From Demequinaceae bacterium (GTDB lineage: Bacteria; Actinomycetota; Actinomycetes; Actinomycetales; Demequinaceae), in assembly GCA_965250005.1 (NCBI GenBank), contig OZ252279.1, positions 1,170,001-1,202,000 on the forward strand: 32,000 bases of DNA. The letters run 5' to 3'. This document shows, one piece after another, positions 27,187 through 32,000 of the stretch; the first letter of the stretch is position 1, and each line of letters begins with the position of its first letter. The translations under genes and the position numbers were made by a program. Below the pieces are notes generated by a model that had not been told where the DNA came from, ran no database searches, and saw only the letters and a program-made list of their open reading frames with translations.

Positions 27187-27875
27187 CCACCATCACGTGG
27201 GATGCGACGGCCGCTGCGGCTGCCAACGCGCGCCTCGAAGGCAAGAGCGCGGCAGAGATCGCTCGCTGGGCGGCGACGACGTTCGGCCAGCGGCTGACCG
27301 TGGCTGCGTCGATGCAAGACACCGTCCTGCCGCACCTGTTCGGCGAACACCTCGCCGGCGTGGACGTCCTCTTCCTGGACACCGGCTACCACTTCCCCGA
27401 GACCCTCGCCACGCGCGACGTCGCGGCCCAGCAACTGCCGATCACAGTCGTCAACGTGACTCCCCAGCAGACGGTCGGAGAGCAGGATGCGGCGCACGGC
27501 AAGGATCTGTTCGTTTCCGACCCCACCACGTGCTGCTTCTTGCGCAAGGTCGACCCGCTCGCCCGCGCACTCACCGGCTACGACGCGTGGGTCACAGGCG
27601 CACGCCGCGCGGACGCCGTCACCCGCACGGAACTACCCGTGGTGACGTGGGACCAGATGCACGACCTCGTGAAGATCAACCCGCTTGCTCTCTGGGACGA
27701 CGCCGACGTCGAGGCGTACCAGGTGGAGCACGACCTCCCGCGAAACCCGCTGATCGCGCAAGGGTATCCGAGCATCGGCTGCGGACCGTGCACGCGCAAG
27801 GTGGCACCCGGCGAGGATCCTCGCGCGGGCCGCTGGGCTGGTACCGACAAGACTGAATGCGGGATCATGGAATGA
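27183..27875 (+). CDS. cysH: Phosphoadenylyl/adenylyl-sulfate reductase, APS reductase type
   Basis: VLFLDTGYHFPETLATRD, TTCCFLRKVDPLARAL (CC), IGCGPCTRKVAPGEDPRAGRWAGTDKTECGIM (CxxC), the pattern associated with the Fe-S APS reductases. Confidence 0.94.
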   Translation: MTTITWDATAAAAANARLEGKSAAEIARWAATTFGQRLTVAASMQDTVLPHLFGEHLAGVDVLFLDTGYHFPETLATRDVAAQQLPITVVNVTPQQTVGEQDAAHGKDLFVSDPTTCCFLRKVDPLARALTGYDAWVTGARRADAVTRTELPVVTWDQMHDLVKINPLALWDDADVEAYQVEHDLPRNPLIAQGYPSIGCGPCTRKVAPGEDPRAGRWAGTDKTECGIME

Positions 27876-28786
27876 ACGCCACCACCACTCGGGCGCGCCT
27901 GAGCACCCTCGACTCTCTCGAGTCCGAGGGCATTCACATCATTCGGGAGTCCGTCGCCACGGCACGCAAGCCGGTGCTGCTGTTCAGCGGCGGCAAGGAC
28001 TCGGTGGTCGTACTGCATTTGGCGACCAAGGCGTTCTGGCCTGGTCGCGTACCGTTCGAACTGATGCACGTCGACACCGGCCACAATTTTGACGAGGTGC
28101 TTGAATTCCGCGACCGGACGGTCGCGGCGCTGGGACTGCGGCTTCAGGTGGTCAGCGTCCAGGACTACATTGACGACGGGCGGCTCCGCGAGCGCCCTGA
28201 CGGCACCCGCAACCCCCTCCAGACCGTCCCGCTTCTCGACGGCATCGCTCGGCACAAGTTTGACGTGGTATTCGGTGGCGCGCGCCGCGACGAAGAGAAG
28301 GCTCGCGCCAAGGAGCGCGTCGTTTCGCTGCGCGACGAATTCGGTCAGTGGGATCCGCGCAACCAGCGCCCAGAACTCTGGAATCTCTACAACACGCGCC
28401 ACCTGCCGGGCGAGCACGTGCGCGTCTTCCCTCTCAGCAACTGGACCGAGCTAGACGTGTGGCGCTATATCGAGCGCGAGAAGATCGACCTGCCGTCGCT
28501 GTACTACGCACACCAACGCGACGTGTTCGCTCGCGACGGCATGTGGCTTACGCCGCACCCGAGTGTGCAACGGCGCGAAGGCGAGGCGCTCGAATCAAGG
28601 TCCGTCCGCTACCGGACGGTGGGTGACGCGTCGTGCACCGGAGCCGTGGAATCTACCGCCAGGGACATCGAGTCTGTGATCGCTGAAGTCGCCTCGACCC
28701 GGATCACCGAGCGCGGCGCTACGCGGGCCGACGACCGGCTGAGCGAGGCCGCGATGGAAGACCGCAAGCGAGAGGGCTACTTCTAA
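27872..28786 (+). CDS. cysD: Sulfate adenylyltransferase subunit 2
   Basis: LESEGIHIIRESVATARKPVLLFSGGKDSVVVLHLATKAFWPGRVPFELMHVDTGHNFDEVLEFRD; ATG 27872 overlaps the cysH stop. Confidence 0.96.
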   Translation: MNATTTRARLSTLDSLESEGIHIIRESVATARKPVLLFSGGKDSVVVLHLATKAFWPGRVPFELMHVDTGHNFDEVLEFRDRTVAALGLRLQVVSVQDYIDDGRLRERPDGTRNPLQTVPLLDGIARHKFDVVFGGARRDEEKARAKERVVSLRDEFGQWDPRNQRPELWNLYNTRHLPGEHVRVFPLSNWTELDVWRYIEREKIDLPSLYYAHQRDVFARDGMWLTPHPSVQRREGEALESRSVRYRTVGDASCTGAVESTARDIESVIAEVASTRITERGATRADDRLSEAAMEDRKREGYF

Positions 28787-30111
28787 TGACCGCTTTAGCG
28801 GACCCCACGACCGCCTCCCTGCTGCGCTTCGCCACGGCGGGGTCCGTTGATGACGGCAAATCCACCCTAGTTGGCCGGCTCCTGCATGACACCAAGTCGA
28901 TCTTGTCCGACGCCTACGAGGCCGTCGAGCGTGTGTCAGCCGAGCGCGGCATGGAGCAGGTCGACCTCGCCCTTCTCACGGATGGACTACGCGCCGAGCG
29001 CGAACAGGGCATCACGATTGACGTCGCGTACAGGTACTTTTCCACGCCCAGCCGGACATTCATTCTCGCCGACTGCCCCGGGCACGTGCAGTACACACGC
29101 AACACCGTGACCGGTGCGTCTACCGCCGATGCGCTCGTGGTGCTCATCGACGCCCGCCACGGCGTGGTCGAACAAACGCTGCGCCACCTCGCGGTCGCGG
29201 CAATGCTGCGCGTGCCGCACGTCGTGATCGCTGTCAACAAGATGGACCTGGTGGAGTTTGCCGAGGCGACGTACCGTGTGATCGCCGACCAAGTTGCGGC
29301 CCACGCCACGGCCCTCGGTCTTACCGATGCCGTCCCCGTACCTGTGAGCGCGCTCGACGGCGACAATATCGCCGATCGCTCCACGCGGATGCCGTGGTAC
29401 GACGGCCCAACCGTCCTGGACCTGCTCGAGACCCTTCCCAACCGAGACCAGATCGCTTCGTCCGCAGACGATTCCGGTTGGCGCTTGCCCGTCCAGACGG
29501 TTCTTCGCCCACAGGACGCTGCGGTCGAGGACCAGTACCGGGAGTACCGCGGCTACGGAGGCCAGGTGGTCGAAGGCACCGCCCGCGTGGGCGACGAGGT
29601 CATCGTTCAGCCATCGGGGCTCCGCACGACCGTCGCTGGTATCGACACCGCGACGGGGCCGCTCGAAGAAGCCCCAGCCGGACTGTCCGTGGCCATCCGT
29701 CTAACGGAGAACGTGGATGTCGCGCGGGGGGACCTGCTGACCTCTGTCGTGGGCGCTACCGCTGCAACTCGCGTTGTCCGGGCATACGTAGCGTGGCTCA
29801 CTGACACTCCGCTGCGCGCGCGCGACCGGGTGGTCTTCCAGCATGGCTCATCGTCAACCGCGGCGGTGGTGACCGCCGTCTACGGCATCCTCGACATATC
29901 GTTGCCCGGTGGCGACCTCGAGTCGAGCATCGTGCCCGGCACCTCGCTGGGTCTCAATGACATCGGCCTCGTCGAGCTTCAACTCGCCTCGCCCGTTGCT
30001 GTCGAGGACTACGCTTCGCATCAGCGCACGGGTGCCTTCTGCTTAGTGGATGCGCATGACGGCAGAACGCTGGCGGCGGGCACCGCTCGAATCCACGACG
30101 GCGCAAAGTAG
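28786..30111 (+). CDS. cysN: Sulfate adenylyltransferase subunit 1 (GTPase)
   Basis: 441 aa, LLRFATAGSVDDGKSTLVGRLLHDTKSI, ADCPGHVQYTRNTVTGAST, VIAVNKMDLV. Confidence 0.96.
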   Translation: MTALADPTTASLLRFATAGSVDDGKSTLVGRLLHDTKSILSDAYEAVERVSAERGMEQVDLALLTDGLRAEREQGITIDVAYRYFSTPSRTFILADCPGHVQYTRNTVTGASTADALVVLIDARHGVVEQTLRHLAVAAMLRVPHVVIAVNKMDLVEFAEATYRVIADQVAAHATALGLTDAVPVPVSALDGDNIADRSTRMPWYDGPTVLDLLETLPNRDQIASSADDSGWRLPVQTVLRPQDAAVEDQYREYRGYGGQVVEGTARVGDEVIVQPSGLRTTVAGIDTATGPLEEAPAGLSVAIRLTENVDVARGDLLTSVVGATAATRVVRAYVAWLTDTPLRARDRVVFQHGSSSTAAVVTAVYGILDISLPGGDLESSIVPGTSLGLNDIGLVELQLASPVAVEDYASHQRTGAFCLVDAHDGRTLAAGTARIHDGAK

Positions 30112-30113
30112 GC

Positions 30114-30917
30114 GTGCCCGTGTCTTCTCCGGCGCTGTCCCTTCACGGCGTCGCACGCAAGCACCCCGGAGCGACCACTGCCGCGATCGCGGGTGTCGAC
30201 CTCGACGTCGCCGACGGCGAGTTCGTATGCGTCGTCGGTCCCTCCGGCTCGGGAAAGTCCACTCTGATCGATCTGCTCGCTGGGCATGCGGAGCCAACGG
30301 CGGGAAGAATCACTGCCGCCGGCGTGCAGCTCACGGGGCCCAGCCTCGACCGATCGGTGGTCTTTCAGGAGGCCGCGCTCTTCCCTTGGCTGAACGTCAT
30401 GCAAAACGTAGCCTTCGGGCTCCAGTCCCGGGGAGTACCTCGCGCCGAGCGCGAGGCCGCAAGCCGGGAGTGGCTCGACCGAGTAGGGCTGGGACATGCC
30501 GCGCACGCGCAGCCGCATGAGCTGTCGGGCGGCATGCGACAGCGGGCAGCGCTCGCGCGCGCCTTTGTCGTCAACCCTCGCATCCTGCTCATGGACGAAC
30601 CGTTCTCTGCCCTTGACGCACCCACCCGCGACCGCCTCCACGTGGAACTTCAGAAACTATGGGCCGCGACGGGCGTGACGATCGTGTTTGTCACGCACAA
30701 CGTCCGTGAGGCGGTCGCGCTCGGCGATCGCGTGGTGGTGCTCGGTCACGGTCACGTGCTCGGCGAGGTGGCGGTCGACTTCCCCCGCCCGCGAGTGGTC
30801 GAGAGCCACGGCGTCATCAATACGTCCGGCAAGGTGCGCGACCTCCTTGACGAAGCCGATCGCATGGGAATCGCACGGGCTGGCGACCACGAAGGTGACG
30901 GCTATGTCCAGATCTAG
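30114..30917 (+). CDS. ABC transporter ATP-binding protein (nitrate/sulfonate/taurine family)
   Basis: VVGPSGSGKSTLIDLLAGHAEPTAGRI, HELSGGMRQRAALARAFVVNPRILLMDEPFSALDAPTRD; located 3 bp after cysN. Confidence 0.92.
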   Translation: MPVSSPALSLHGVARKHPGATTAAIAGVDLDVADGEFVCVVGPSGSGKSTLIDLLAGHAEPTAGRITAAGVQLTGPSLDRSVVFQEAALFPWLNVMQNVAFGLQSRGVPRAEREAASREWLDRVGLGHAAHAQPHELSGGMRQRAALARAFVVNPRILLMDEPFSALDAPTRDRLHVELQKLWAATGVTIVFVTHNVREAVALGDRVVVLGHGHVLGEVAVDFPRPRVVESHGVINTSGKVRDLLDEADRMGIARAGDHEGDGYVQI

Positions 30918-31734
30918 CGGCACGCAGCCGGCGGCTCGAATGCGCGCGCCCAACCCTCGCCGCTGGCGCCTCGCCGTCACCGAAGTCTGGCCCGCGCTCG
31001 CCGTGGGCGTCGCGCTAATCGCGGCGTGGTCTTGGGGCTCGCAAGCCGCCGATTCACTTCCCTCTCCCTTGGAGACGCTTGAGGCGCTAGGAGACATGGC
31101 CGGATCCGGCCAGTTATTCTTGATCGCCGCGAAGGTCTTCGCGTTCATGGCTGTCACGAGCGCGCTGAGCGCGGCCGTCGGCGTGCCGTGGGGGATCGCG
31201 TCCGGCTCGTGGCGCTGGCTCGACCGCGCGACCTCGCCCTACTTGTCCGCCATGCGCGCACTGCCTTCTGGCATGTGGATACCTGTGGCAGCGGTCTTGG
31301 TTGGTGGAAGCATCGGCGCGATGGGAGCCGTCGTCATCCTCGGTGCGCTACCGGCGATGGTGCTGGCAACCAAACAGGCCGTCGGTACGATCCCTCCGCT
31401 ACTTCTGCGCGCGGGCCGGACCTTCGGTGCCGGCAAACAAGACCTCATGCGCCGCGTGGTGCTGCCTGCTGCACTTCCTGGGATTGTCGATGGCGTCGAA
31501 CTCGGCTGGGCGATGGGGTTCCGCGCGCTCGTCGCCGGAGAGATTTTCTTCGGAGCAATAGGCGGCACCGGCATCGGCGCTGTCATTGCCGGGAGCCGCG
31601 AATCTGGCGACCTCGCCCCCATGCTCGCCACCATCGCTGTGATCCTCGCGGTCGGTATCGCGATGGACAGGTTGGTTTTTGGGGCAGTCCACCACCGCAT
31701 GCGAAGAAGCCGCGGGCTCGTCGATACCGTCTGA
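30904..31734 (+). CDS. ABC transporter permease (nitrate/sulfonate/taurine family)
   Basis: Downstream part of ORF 30688..31734; ATG 30904 overlaps the ATPase end. LPSGMWIPVAAVLVGGSIGAMGAVVILGALPAMVLATKQAVGTIPPLLLRAGRTFGAGKQDLMRRVVLPAALPGIVDGVELGWAMGFRALVAGE. Confidence 0.9.
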   Translation: MSRSSGTQPAARMRAPNPRRWRLAVTEVWPALAVGVALIAAWSWGSQAADSLPSPLETLEALGDMAGSGQLFLIAAKVFAFMAVTSALSAAVGVPWGIASGSWRWLDRATSPYLSAMRALPSGMWIPVAAVLVGGSIGAMGAVVILGALPAMVLATKQAVGTIPPLLLRAGRTFGAGKQDLMRRVVLPAALPGIVDGVELGWAMGFRALVAGEIFFGAIGGTGIGAVIAGSRESGDLAPMLATIAVILAVGIAMDRLVFGAVHHRMRRSRGLVDTV

Positions 31735-31804
31735 TCTAGACCCCCGTGCGGCCCGCGCGACCTCAACGGTGTGGTTCGGACGGGTGCGGTGAGATGATGG
31801 AAGT

Positions 31805-32000
31805 GTGAATCAACGCCTCGACCCCAAGGGCCTGGCGTTCGCGTTCGCCGCGTACGGGATCTGGGGCTTCTTCCCTGTCCTGATGGCCGAGTTGCGGCCG
31901 GCGGGCCCCATCGAGATTGCCGCGCACCGAGCGCTGTGGTCCCTCGCCGTTGCCGCGATCATCCTGCTCGCCTGGCGACGCTGGGGCGCCCTCTGGGCGG
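31805..32000 (+). CDS. EamA/RarD-family transporter, N-terminal fragment (runs off the right edge)
   Basis: VNQRLDPKGLAFAFAAYGIWGFFPVLMAELRPAGPIEIAAHRALWSLAVAAIILLAWRRWGALWA. Confidence 0.87.
   Translation, partial: MNQRLDPKGLAFAFAAYGIWGFFPVLMAELRPAGPIEIAAHRALWSLAVAAIILLAWRRWGALWA

Noticed and set aside
27578-28417. 279-aa minus-strand ORF antisense to cysH/cysD
   Set aside because: Shadow ORF against two strongly supported CDSs.
30688-30903. N-terminal extension of the permease ORF (MSRTTSVRRSRS...)
   Set aside because: Overlaps the ATPase in another frame; ATG 30904 fits operon-type overlap and homology.

Overview
This window looks like a high-GC actinobacterial chromosome segment, mostly core genes. 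On the minus strand, from the left edge, are rpoB (5' part), rplL, rplJ, rplA, rplK, nusG, secE and tRNA-Trp. A plus-strand block follows: an aspartate-type aminotransferase, an ABC exporter pair, a small Asp/His/Glu-rich protein, two two-component systems, and a MacB/FtsX-type ABC pair. Then come minus-strand murB, an MFS transporter, two MaoC-fold dehydratase genes, rpmG, tRNA-Met and tRNA-Thr. After these are a YcaQ-like winged-helix protein (+), tRNA-Tyr (-), a YajQ-family protein (+), HtpX-like protease (-) and a ferredoxin/adrenodoxin-type NADP reductase (-). A tightly packed plus-strand sulfur assimilation operon follows (sulfite reductase, cysH, cysD, cysN, ABC ATPase, ABC permease). 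The 5' end of a RarD/EamA gene lies at the right edge. The strongest unannotated signal is a 28-codon, 7-cysteine short ORF at 25185-25271, just upstream of the sulfur operon. It is followed by mutually exclusive complementary segments, which suggests a cysteine-responsive leader-peptide attenuator. Other items worth a second look are a D/H/E repeat protein next to a histidine kinase, a kinase gene that seems to lack a canonical start codon, the long acidic N-terminal extension of NusG, and an ABC transporter in the sulfur operon with no adjacent binding protein. No CRISPR array, rRNA, transposon or phage genes were seen.
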